Source: Gnetum montanum (taxonomy: Eukaryota > Plantae > Gnetophyta). From it: a stretch of DNA of 64,000 nucleotides. Each line of letters begins with the position of its first letter. Position 1 is the stretch's first letter. Positions 52,679-64,000 of the stretch are shown piece after piece. Both the position numbers and the translations under genes were made by a program. Where the stretch lies: NCBI GenBank assembly GCA_015680685.1, contig MNCI01000474.1:1-64000 (forward strand), given 5' to 3'. The notes under the pieces are model-generated. The model worked only from the letters and a program-made list of their open reading frames with translations, ran no database searches and was not told the DNA's origin.

Positions 52679-54461
52679 TGTCATAACCAAAAATAATGCA
52701 TGTGACAAATAGCATAGGTCATGGCTATTTAATGACTTTAATATTAGTCATGCCATGGCCCTGAAACATCCCAAAAATTCAAAGGCATGCTTGCTTCACC
52801 AAGTCTTTGCAATTCGCACAGCGCTACAGCAATTCTTCAAGAGATAGACGCTCTGATGTTCATACTATCTAGTTCAGCAAGTTTTCTACCCCAAGTGTCA
52901 ACAGGCTAAATGGATACTCCAACCTTCCCACCTGAGTAGTTCATCTAGCCAACAACACACTAAGGAGCGGTGCGTGGAATTTTTGGGGATGCCTAGAATA
53001 CGCAAAACGCTTCAGCAAGTTTTCTGAGTTACGGAGCTTTGCTACGCCACGCTACGTAGTGTAGCAAACTTTAGAACACGTTTGCGGAAGTGCAGTGCTA
53101 CACTATGCTATGCTACGTAGTGTAGCACAGCGTAGCAAAAGCTAGACGATCAATCCCCCTCACCCGACTTCAAGTCCTTCGGCAATGTCTCCTTCTGCCA
53201 AAAAGCGGCTAACTTGGCAAAAAGCAAGTCATGTTTGCCACTACGCTATGCAAAGCTACATGGTGCAATGAGGCGTAGCAATTCTGTGAAAGTGATTAAA
53301 GGAAACTCACAGGGTGGGATAAGATAGTTCACAAGTTTCACTGTGCAAGAGGCAAAGTTTGCAGATTGATGACGTTTTTGTGACTAAGGCTAGTCTCTAC
53401 GCTATGCTACGCTACGTAGCATAGCATAGCATAGAAAATATGCAATAAACAACCAATGCACTTCAAATGTTTCCAATGCATGCAGTAGGACACAACGCAA
53501 ATTTTTTGCTTCGAGCTGGCAGCTACGCTATGCTATGCTATGTAACATAGCACAGCGTAACAAGATGCTATGCTATGCCAAACATGCTACGCTACAAAGC
53601 ATAGCAAGGCGTGGCAAGCAATTACGCTACATCAATGCACTTCACCTAATTACATCGCTTCTCTGACAACACAATGACAATGTGGCAAACTTGTAATTAC
53701 GGCATGGAAGACCCACCCAATGATCATGTAGGCACATGCCGCACAGACAGGTCAGCATAAGCCTAGGGCACGTGGTGTCCAAATTGCATCTTTCACACAC
53801 CCTTGGTCCTATAAATACCCAATGAGCAATGCTCGGTTAGCTCCCAGGGGTTTGAGTTTTCTCTTGGCAATTGGATCGACTAACAATTTTGTTGGCTGAC
53901 AAGCAAAAAAAAAGAGCTAGCAATATAACCTCGAGCATTGTAAGCTTTCTGTTTGACATTGTAAACAGTTAGCACTCTCTGTTGGTATTTTTTTCTCCCC
54001 TTTTCTACCACCTTGGTAGTAGTTTGAATTGTTAACGCCTCAGCCCGCGTTCAAGCACATAGCCGTCTTGCTCTACACGTCTTGGTTACTCTCGGGATCT
54101 CTGCATTTCTCAACGTTGTGCAACCAACTATATTCATTTTGACAGAGTGAAGTCGTAGCTTCGAAGCGGTGCATTTTTCTAACTGCATTTCACTTTGTCT
54201 CCTATTTACTATTGCATTTTACACTGTTTCCTATCTCTTTTACATTTAAGCATTACTTAGCGCTATCAGTCTCGTTTTCAAATCACACATTGCAAAAGGT
54301 TATATTAACACCGACTAAGTCCCTGTCTGATCGACCAGACCATTCAAGGTGCCCTGTTTCGGTTTTATCCAGCATGGCCCTCCTGTAAATTTGGGGTTCA
54401 AACTGTCAACGGCTGCCGACCCCTCGGTGTTTTCTAGCCACCAACGTTTTTGGTCGCTATA
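52679..54461 (+). repeat. E5 5' LTR (~1.8 kb)
   Basis: TGTCATAACCAAAAA ... TTTTTGGTCGCTATA; CCTATAAATACCC near 53808; GCTAC/GTAGC pentamer arrays in U3. Confidence 0.75.
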
Positions 54462-54467
54462 GTTTTC

Positions 54468-54484
54468 TGGCACTAGAAGGAGGG
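54468..54484 (+). promoter_or_regulatory. PBS, tRNA-Asn
   Basis: TGGCACTAGAAGGAGGG. Confidence 0.9.
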
Positions 54485-54539
54485 CCTTTGGTGCCCTTTC
54501 CACATGTTCCCACTCTCAGCAATTCCATACCTTTGACAC

Positions 54540-57500
54540 AGATAAATCAAAGGCTTCTAGACCAACTAATCCAGTTGGCTAGGCTTAGGAAGCAACAGGA
54601 CACAGTGTCTAACCAGTATGAGGCCTTCCAAGATGGACAGGAGGAACTCGATTCCCAATCCGACGAGGGAGGTTAAACCAACCCTATTCCTATCCCTCCT
54701 ACCCAGTCCTTCTAGGCCAATCCATTGTCTACCACCTCTCCCTTTGTGATCACGCCTACGCTCGCGTAGCCTACAATCACAACCGCAATGGGTAGCCATG
54801 TCAACCCTTTGGCATATCAACATCCTCCTTTGTCGATTTTGCCCATTTCATTTGCAGCAACTATGCCTTCGAAAACTGTTCATCAGCCCGTTCCTGTAGC
54901 ACATCACACACCAATCACAGCTACCTTGTCACATGTTCATGTTGTACCTACTTCACAGTCGTAGGCAACTTCCATTTCCATTCCTACTTTCACGTCTATT
55001 CCACCCACCGTGGCGGGCCTGGGCCTGTCCACATGGTGGACCCCATTCACTTCTTCAGCTATTCCACAACCATTGCCGATGTCTCATTATGTTCCCCCTC
55101 AGACCTACCAACCCCCGCAAATGGTACAACCCAACACGGGGCTATGGTCTATGTCATCGATGACACAAGCGGTCTATCTGGCAGCCCAACCAACAGTTGC
55201 TGCCCCAATAGCACCACCTACCAGGTGGTGGACAGCGCAAGTAGCAGCATTCGTGGGGGCTATCCCAATGGTACCATCAATGGATCATGCCCCCACCCCT
55301 ACCATTCTATAGATGGGATCTACCTCGGTAGTTCCCCAACCATCCACAACGTCACAGGGTTTGAACCAAGCGTTCCAGCTCATCCAAACCCTCACCGAGG
55401 AAATAAGACACCTCAAAGCTATTGGGTCTGACACGGTACAAGTCATGGACTTTTACCAAGATGACCCTATCAGCCCTACAATCCCTGCTCTGATGTTACC
55501 CTCAAGGATTTCCCTCCCCCACTTCACGAAGTACAATGGGTAGGGAGATCCCAATGCACATCTTGTCACCTTTAGGTCTAAATCCCTTTTGCTACAACAA
55601 TGGCCGCACATGATTATTCATGTCTTTGCTATGTCCCTAACCGGGAAAGCCATAGATCCGCGCATTACCATGCTCATCTATTTTAACTTTGGAAGAGCTT
55701 CTGACCCAGTTCATGATGTGCTTCAAATACAACTTGAAGCCAGAAACCACGTTGGACTAGTTGATGAGTGTGAAGTAGGATCCTCTAGAACCAGTCCAAA
55801 AGTTCATCCAGCGTTGGAGCGTAACCCTTAACGAAATCTGCGAGCCCATCACAGAGGCCCACTTGATGGCCATCTTTAAGGATGCAGTGAATGACTTTAT
55901 CAAGTCTAAACTGTACTACCTCTCCCCTCGCACTCTTAGTCAAGCCTTCGCTCAAACCATGAGTATACAGGACGCGGTCGAGGCAAGCAAAGACCCAGCC
56001 TACATTACCTACAAAAACACCTTTACAAAGAAGGACAAGGGTAAGGCCCCAACAACCATAGTGGCCGTTGTGGCGACCGAGGTCAACCCCAAACCTAGTA
56101 ACAATAGTAACAAGAATAACAAGAAATTGGCCGTACCCGTAGCTAACCCCGTTCCCAAACAGGGCCACTCACCATAACCTGCTATACTTGCACCTGAGAC
56201 ATCTACACAACCCAAATCAAACTTTGAGCATAAAGATCACTCAAAGTACACCCCACTACCTCTCAAGCCTTCAGAACTTCTGAAGCAGCTACTAGTGGTG
56301 GGGAATATCGAACACAAGGAGATGTCGAAAGAAGGAATCAGGAAACATCAACGCTACTGCTAGCTCATTAGGAACCCTTCTTTGGCCCTACCTAATGAGC
56401 CCCCAGTTCCTAAGGGTTTCAGGCTGGACAAGTTTTCTGACTATCACCAACAGTGTGGTCACAACACAAATTATTATTTGACGTTGCAGTATGACATCCA
56501 GAGGTTGATCGATCAGGGAAAACTAGTGTTGGACGAAAGCAACCCAGTACACCCTGAAAACCAATATATGCATGTCTACACAGACCCCCTCAACGCCAAA
56601 AATGTCGATTATGTGATCAATGCCATTGGTATTGACAGTGATCCTAGGCCACCCTAATAGCCATTCGTGGTCTGAGTGCCTCAATGTAGTGCACCAACAC
56701 CACCAGCGACTGGCCGAAGCTCACAACAATCATCTGTTCTGAGAGTCACTCCGTGGGCATCCATCTCTGCGTCACCTGTTACTGAATCCACGCAACTTTG
56801 CCCACTAACACCGTTAGCTCCTTTCATCATCAAGGGGCCGACTCCTTCAATAGCCCCCACCCCACACAAGACAGTCGAACAACCTTCTCATCCTAAAAAA
56901 TGAGAAGTGTGTTTCACAGGTGAGATGTTGAGAGGAAGTACCATTCCTAGTATTTCCAAGCCTACGTCTTCACCCCGTACATCTACGCCCTCATCACCAA
57001 AGAAAAACGTTGCTATAACTGCATAGTCCACGCTGCCCTACCAAAAAGGGTCTGAACTCAGACCTGAAGTCACCCCTCCTTGGGAAATTTGTCTTCTGGG
57101 ACGAATCGAAGAAGAGGAAAGCATTAAAAAGGGGGGTGACAAAGACCTTTTGGATGCCCTCACTCAGGCCAAGCAAGCTCTAAAATAGAAAAACACTACA
57201 TTGAGCTTGTACGACCTAATCATGGTGTCCATCCCACACTGTGAGGCTCTGATCCGCATGTTGACAGCGATTCCAGTCAATGAAGACATGCCAACAGTAG
57301 AGGAAGCGATCCACTTAGTCATGCTTCCCTCTACGCCTACAGAACCAAAACCATCTCAACTGACTTTCAACAATGACTCCATTAGGGAAGATCTCGAGAG
57401 AGGTCAGGTGACTATGGCACCTCTATTCATCACAATTTGGGTCAGCCAATATCGGATCCGAAGGGTGCACGTTGATGATGGAGCTGCCACGAACGTCATC

Positions 57501-57914
57501 CCCTTTCCTATTGTGGACAAGTTGGGCTTGGTCGACTAGATCAAACCCACCATGATGTCATGCTTGAGGTCATTTAATGGGGCACATGTCCTAGTGAAAG
57601 GCATAGTCCACATAGACTTCGTAGCAGGGGACCAGTTTCCCACAAATGCAACATTCATCATGGTCGAGGAAATGCTCGGGTTTAACCTAATCTTGGGGAG
57701 ATCATGGTTAGCACAACTTAGGGCTGTCTCCTCACCTATACACCAGGAAATTCACCTACCATACACAGGCAAGGAGGTGGTGATCCATGGTGATGAGGTA
57801 GTAGCGCAAGCAATCAACAACATAGACATGGAGCAAGGCTTAGAGGTCGTAACCTCTGAGGATGAAGTGCCTTGTTACACACACGTTAACCATCTAGTAG
57901 GAGAATCATCTTAG
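54540..57914 (+). pseudogene. gag: E5 gag-protease (degenerate)
   Basis: LPHFTKYNG*GDPNAHL; DYHQQCGHNT..LQYDIQRLIDQGKL; RRVHVDDGAATNVIP; FNLILGRSWLAQLRAVSSPIHQ. Confidence 0.85.
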
Positions 57915-58199
57915 CAAGTCAGTCTCCAAGATGAAAGCACATGGGTTGAGTTGTCCTTCCAAGCAGGGGATAATGATGCAAACAAAGACCCTAGCGAAGT
58001 GCCTCGGCCTTACATTCCACTCAATCCATGATGGGTTAAGAAGCAGCTATGCATAGCATAGCAACCCGACTGCTCCCTGCCCAGTTTCCATTCTTTGCAC
58101 ATTACCACCCTTCATGATTTATAATCCATTTGTCTACATATGTTACTAGTTAGCCTTTGTTAAATTTGTTAACGTATCATCTCTTGGGCATGCTACGCT

Positions 58200-58370
58200 A
58201 TGGCCCGAAATAGCCTAAAACTAGCAATGGCCTGAAACGGCCTAAAACTAGCTATGGCCTGAAATGGCCTAAAAATAGCAATGTCCCTCAAAGGCCTGAA
58301 ATGGCCTAAAACTAGTAGCGGCCCGAAATGGCCTAAAACTAACAGCGGTCTAGAATGGCCTAAAACTAGC
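58200..58370. repeat. ~27-30 bp tandem repeat (TGGCCYGAAATGGCCTAAAACTAGCA)
   Basis: About six visible copies. Confidence 0.85.
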
Positions 58371-58505
58371 ACATGAAAATTTTATGCAAAAAATAGCACA
58401 TATACAATGCATAAGTTAATGCAGAATCAATTTCTTTTCCAAAATTTTCTTCTTTATTCAAAACTTTTATCTTTTGGAAAATGTTTGCAAAAATTTTACA
58501 GAAAT

Positions 58506-61500
58506 TCAAAATTTTAGAAAACATCCCATGCTGCACAGGTTGTCCCTGTTTGCATCATCTTCGACATTCATTTCTACATCATTTCCTTTTGCATTGCCTT
58601 TCTCTATGTTGTCCTCTGCCGATTCTTCATTCTTTCCCTCTATGGGCCCTGCACCCTCATCTGGAGCCTACATCGTAGGAATGAAGTGGTCGACTAAAGC
58701 AATGCATGCAAGCTACAACAGAGCATAACCATTAATACAGTAGAAAGTGACTAACCTGAGAAGGGCCTATGTCCGTCTTGAAGGGTATCCAGTCTACACC
58801 AAGCCTGAGGCGACGCCAACCTCCTCTGCCGTAATGTCCATCCAACACCTGTTGCTTGGTTCAGCGTCTGCAGCTGCTCTCATCCTTTCGACGATTATCC
58901 ACCTTGGTGATCCCAGAGAAAAGGAGATGGTTGCGATCTCTCCTGTGGGAAGGTCCACTTTCCAATTAGGAGATTCTGTAACCTTTACCTGCTCTTTGAA
59001 CTTGACATATGTCTCAGAAGCGTCAATGGCATTTACAAATGCTTTATACGTAAACGCCTCCACAGCAGCGTCCGTGTACAGTTTACGATGGGTGGCATTT
59101 TCCAGTTTATACATGTGTTTGTGGTTTTTCTGGGACTGCCCCCATTCGTAAACCTTGGCGCTAAAATCTTTTAAATCCTGACACTTCTGGGCCAACAAGT
59201 CCATTTGCATCCACTGTTCTATTATTTCAAAGGTGGCTTCTACATTCTAACATGCGACAGTTCAAACTCTGGCATAGTCTATCACAACCGTGCACCAATC
59301 CTCATTATTAGTGTCATGGGCTATGAGGAATTCATTCCTCGATTTGAGATCCTCCACCTCGGCGCTCAAGTCAGCCTCCTTTTACTCAGCCTTTTGGACC
59401 TGCTTCCACAGGTCCTCATTGACACACTTATACTCCCACAAGGAGCATGTCGAGTGCAAAGCACATTTGCAAGCCTAATCATATGCGCAACGAGACACCT
59501 CGGCCACTTCAGGTAGGAATGTAGACACTAACTTTCAAAGGTCGTTCTGGGTCCCATTTGAGCTGAGAGGCTACCATGACACAAAGGGTGTAGCAATCAC
59601 GTTAGCATAGCAAGATTAGCAAGCTCAAGAAATTCTAGCATAGCAACATGAGAGCACCTAACACTACTACTTACCCATGTCAAGGTCCACCTACTGAAGA
59701 CGGTTGATCATGTCATCGACAATTCCCTGCATGAACGTAAACTTATCGGGGATATTGGCCCATGGTTTCACATGAGTCAAAGGGGGTCCCGCAGCATCAA
59801 TAGTGGTGCCTGTTACATAACTAAACATATTGGCAATGGCTGAAATGGGCTATGATAAGGCACACACATTGCTGAACTCACCAGCGTCTGATTGCGGTCT
59901 CCCTTCTTGCTGATGCAAGATGATGGTGACAGCCTTGGCGAAAGTCCCTACCAAGTCTGTACAGGCCTCTTCTTCATGCGCTGGTGCCTTTCCTTTTGAG
60001 AGACCAGCATCTTTTTTATTCAAAGAAAACTCTTCTTCATCTCCAAAATTTCCCTCCTTGTTAGTAGGAGGATTCTGCCTGATAACGAGAGCCCCTGCCT
60101 TAGCTACAGGAGTTCTTTCCTTCTTGACCGGGACCCTTCTCTCCAAGACTGGGGCCTCTATGTCTTTATTCATCGCCCCCGTCTTATGAGCTGACACCTC
60201 TTCATCGCCTTCCTCTTCTTCTTCTTCTTCTTCTGCCAATCAAGAAACATATTTGCATTAGCCCAAAACAAGTTAGCGTAAAGCAGGTGCTACACTACAT
60301 TACGCCACCCAACGCAGCATAGTGTAGTACACATCAACAAGATAGGCATCAAACAAAAGTGTATACCAATGGGGGTTGCCTCCTCTATAGTTTAAGCTAC
60401 AGCCGCTGCCCCTCCTCTTCTTCCATGCGAAGGGTTTTCTTAGCTCAAGGAGGCCTCTTCCGCTGCAACTTTTTGGCCACAGTCTCGGCTATGAGACGCT
60501 CCCCTTGTGACACGCTACCGGCTACAGCAGATGACGCCTCTCCTACGCTATCTTGGCCACAAAAGTTGTAGGCCTCTTGATCCTTAGTCATCATAGAGAA
60601 CGACTCCCCAATTATTTCTGGGAGATCTTAGGCTCGGGTGGTCCAGAGGATCTGGCGAATCCACGGTTTGGAAATCTATTCTGCATGACCTAAGCTCCAT
60701 TCTCGTGAACCACCAAAAACTCCACGAAGTGCTTCAGACAGGCTATGTAAAAGGCATAATGTATAATGAAACGGGACTCCAATTTCTTATGGAGCCCCAA
60801 GATTTCAATCTGCAAACCTTTACATAGAAACCTAACCCAGTTGTAATAGGCCCCCTCTTTCATGACCTCATGCATTATCCAGGCCTACTCAATCCCCAGA
60901 ACCTTCCCTTGGGAAAGTAGCTGGGGAAATGCACAAGCACAAAAGATAGGGTAAATATCCCTAGTGAGTCCTTCTTTAAGCTTCTCCATGGGGAGCCCCT
61001 TTGGCTCCTTAGCAATCCCTAACCACTCCTAAATGCCCTTCTTCTGAAGGGTTAACTCCTTCTTGTCCTTTGAACCTATGCCAACGGCAGGGACATCAAA
61101 GAGGTCCACGAACAACTGGTCATTGATTTCAATGATCACCCGTACGTCCTGTATGTGCATGCGGAAGAGGCTCGTCTTGTTAGAAAAGGAGCTAATCAGG
61201 GAGAGCATCTTGGTAGCAAGAACGCTCGGATTCGGGGCTAGGAATAGATCCATAAGCCCAGCCTTTTGAATATTCTAGACCAAGGAGTCTGAAGCCGCAC
61301 CGTTTATCCAATGTTGGCTCATATCTACTTCTTCATACTTGAAGTAGATGTTTGCCTCCTATGTCTCTGCAGTTACCACCGTCACCTCCCAAGGATTCTT
61401 CGCCCCTATAACAGTTTTCACAAGAAATTTTTAGCATAAAAATGTAGAAAATCCAAATATTGCAAAGACACTTGAGCATGTAACACTTACTGTTCAACCT

Positions 61501-62980
61501 ACCAAGTCGGTACAGCAATGGGAACGACAGAAGACTAACTAGAACTTGTTCAACGATGATTGGTTTAAAGGGTTGTGCCCACCCCTCATCCAGCCGACCA
61601 GACCCCTTGCACTGATCATAGGGAATGGGGTATAGGTGTGGGTAGGTGTGGTATTCACCCCTGCATTGACCAATCACACCCGCCCGCAAGTTCTTAGCAG
61701 AAGAGAACTCCTGCAGGGCTATACGTGTTGTAGTCAATAGACCCGGTCAGTTGTGAGGCCCTTCTTTGTTGATATAGAACCTGGTAACAAAACCATACTA
61801 TTAGCATTTGGCCAATATGGCCAGCGTCACACAACACAGTGGAACAAGGCTGCAAAACTCACCCGCCAGCATAGTAAATAGTTCCTGGTGGGTTTTGAAA
61901 GCATGTTGCCATATAACGCGCAAAAAATAATGTGTTGTAAGAATGGTAGTAGTTGTATTCAGGCATATCCCAGATCCAGGCCAAACGCCTTAACCCTATT
62001 GGGCATTAACTAGATCCTTCTCCCTGCCTGCTCATGACTACCCCATCCGTCAGAAACCTCAGGATGCCTCGACTTGCCCCAAGAAATATGGCTTCGGTTA
62101 TGACAGTTGCCTCTTCCTCCTCTAGGTATGACCATACAATCACACTAAAGTATTGGAGGATATATTGTAGGAACTCCTGTGCTCCTTTCCTAAACCAAAC
62201 CCCTCGCTCTCCCATACGTATCTAGGGAGGAGGGGCATTGGCCATGAGCTTGCTTACATGACACAGGACCCCTGCAATTTCTAAGATAATCAGAATTGGC
62301 CTTAGCCCCATCCTGCAAAATACCACTAGCAAGCGTTAGCATCATGTCTAAGTGCAATACATACACAACATAGCAATACCTAGAAGTTCATGCATATAGT
62401 GTAGCATAACCCTCTTCCCGCACATAGCGTAGCAAGAACTCCCACGTCGCGACGTGCACTTGTGGGCCTAATGTAGTAATAGAGCAATTGGTCCTAACAT
62501 GATGATTAACAATATGCCCTAACAAAATACGTGTTGCACTATCACATCACACATGGCCAAACCCTCCTGAAGGTCCTACGCCATGCCATTCGAAATCCAA
62601 GTAATTTAAACTGTCCAAACCCCCGCGATTATGACAACCGTGGCGGTGGCAGTTTAAGTGACCTTGCATGCAACAATGGCATAGCATTTATGCACCCGTC
62701 ATAGCCAAAACAGCAACAGCGGTGATGCAAAGGCCAAAACAACATGATGAAAAAAAACACAAATGACTAAGACTAGCATACAAATGAAAGCAAAAGACAA
62801 CAAAAGCAAAAAAATGATAATAGAATCGCGAAAAAATAAAGGAAGCATAGTAGCCTACCGGGTTAACGGTGTGTCCTCCCACGTCGCGACGTGCACTTGT
62901 GTCACGCACCCTAGGGCTTCCTTCACCTTCTCAACCTTTGCAAGTGCTAGGTAAGTACGTTCCTTCTTTGGAGCCATCAT
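58506..62980 (-). pseudogene. Seven-exon antisense accessory gene of E5: NIF/FCP1-like HAD domain + transposon-accessory-like domain + acidic linker + coiled coil
   Basis: Exons 62980-62859, 62312-61863, 61780-61491, 61405-60367, 60232-59675, 59570-58756, 58667-58506; all introns GT-AG; AATAAA near 58455; TATA-like CATAAATA near 63135. Confidence 0.75.
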
Positions 62981-64000
62981 CCTACTTGCAGACTTTCCCT
63001 CGTCGCTATATAGGAAACCGTCTTGCTCACTATTAGCATGATCGCTCTATGCTCCGAAATCGCTTTGTGCTCCGAATATGGTCTTTGCACTCTTACGATG
63101 AGAATGACAAGCTTACCAAGGTTTAATCTCTATTTATGGCTGTAATGGTGAAAAAGGGGAACTTTCCGCTCTCTCTCTCCATTTAATGTGAAGTGCACCG
63201 TATAGCGTAGCATGCTCACCACGACATCGTAGCACTGTTGGCATTAAAACTTTGACATGCTCCAAGCTAACTGCATGCTTTCCCAAAAAATAAAAAAAAT
63301 ATATACAGCTCTCATTACCAATCCAAAAATACCTTAAACTAGCAATCCCAGAATAGTTGTGACTTTCGCAGTCCGAAAAGACCTTAAACTAGCAGTTTCG
63401 ATCTATCATACGCTAAACTAGCAGTTTCACGTTTTTGCATCGGTAGTTTTGCATTTCTTAGCAGTTCCACGTTCTCGCATCGACAGTTTCACATTTCCTA
63501 TTTTAGTAGCTCTGCATCTTCATGCCATAGCAGTTTTCCATGACTTTAAACTGGCAAAATTTTAATCTTTACATCATACTTCGCTAGTTACATCTCGTCA
63601 TTACTTTGTAAGTTTTCGTTATGCACGATTACTACCAACAGGTGCCTCTTAACCAGACTATCATCTCATCTTGACAGGTTAAGCAAAAAATGGAAGTCCA
63701 TCGTGATCTCTCCACATCTTTAGCTTTAGCAAGTCCACATGGAAATCTCGCAAGACAATTGAACCCCGACCTGATCGACTGGGGGTCGACCACAGCTAGC
63801 AATATAGTGTCCTTAGAAACATCTCCAGACTAGCATGAGCATCTGGTCTGAACTCTAGATTTGATGGCCGAGGATGTAACTGAGGACCCTCTCGTCAAGA
63901 CACTTGTGATCACGTCCAAGGGGGAAATAGAAACATCAAAACTTAGCTTCCTCCTAGACACATAGATGCACAAAAACGTAGCCAAGATTCTACAAGACAA

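Larger units (their letters stand above)
52679..64000 (+). mobile_element. Tat/Ogre-like Gypsy element E5 (LTR, Asn PBS, gag, PR, no pol core seen, antisense multi-exon gene); continues past the window
   Basis: LTR 52679-54461, PBS 54468-54484, gag/PR 54540-57914, tandem repeats 58200-58370, antisense gene 58506-62980. Confidence 0.85.

Overview
Repeat-rich nuclear DNA from a vascular plant, probably a fern, lycophyte or gymnosperm (inferred from a Tat element with PR-aRH-RT domain order). I found no intact host gene. The window is a nest of decayed Ty3/Gypsy LTR retrotransposons: three related Athila-type elements with tRNA-Asp PBS (3.1-5.5 kb on -, cut at an assembly join; 25.0-31.7 kb with TSD CTGCC; 36.9-43.1 kb), the latter two with no pol; a Galadriel-like chromovirus remnant with a TRIM-like tail (10.4-13.8 kb); a Tat element with tRNA-Asn PBS (20.7-36.9 kb) split by two insertions; and a Tat/Ogre-like gag-protease element from 52.7 kb to the window end. 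Also present: a CC-NB-LRR pseudogene interrupted by a hAT element, plus RTE, L1, hAT and SINE fragments. Three observations stand out. (1) The last retrotransposon carries a 7-exon antisense gene; its exons 2-3 resemble an FCP1/NIF-type HAD phosphatase with the catalytic aspartates replaced, followed by a transposon-accessory-like domain and a coiled coil. (2) A tandem array at 5.5-9.7 kb repeats a two-exon coding cassette separated by degenerate TTTAGGG tracts. (3) Intron-containing host gene pieces (an RLCK kinase 3' end, an unknown gene 3' end, a micro-exon 5' fragment) lie antisense inside putative LTRs. All protein assignments come from motif recognition by eye; no database searches were run.
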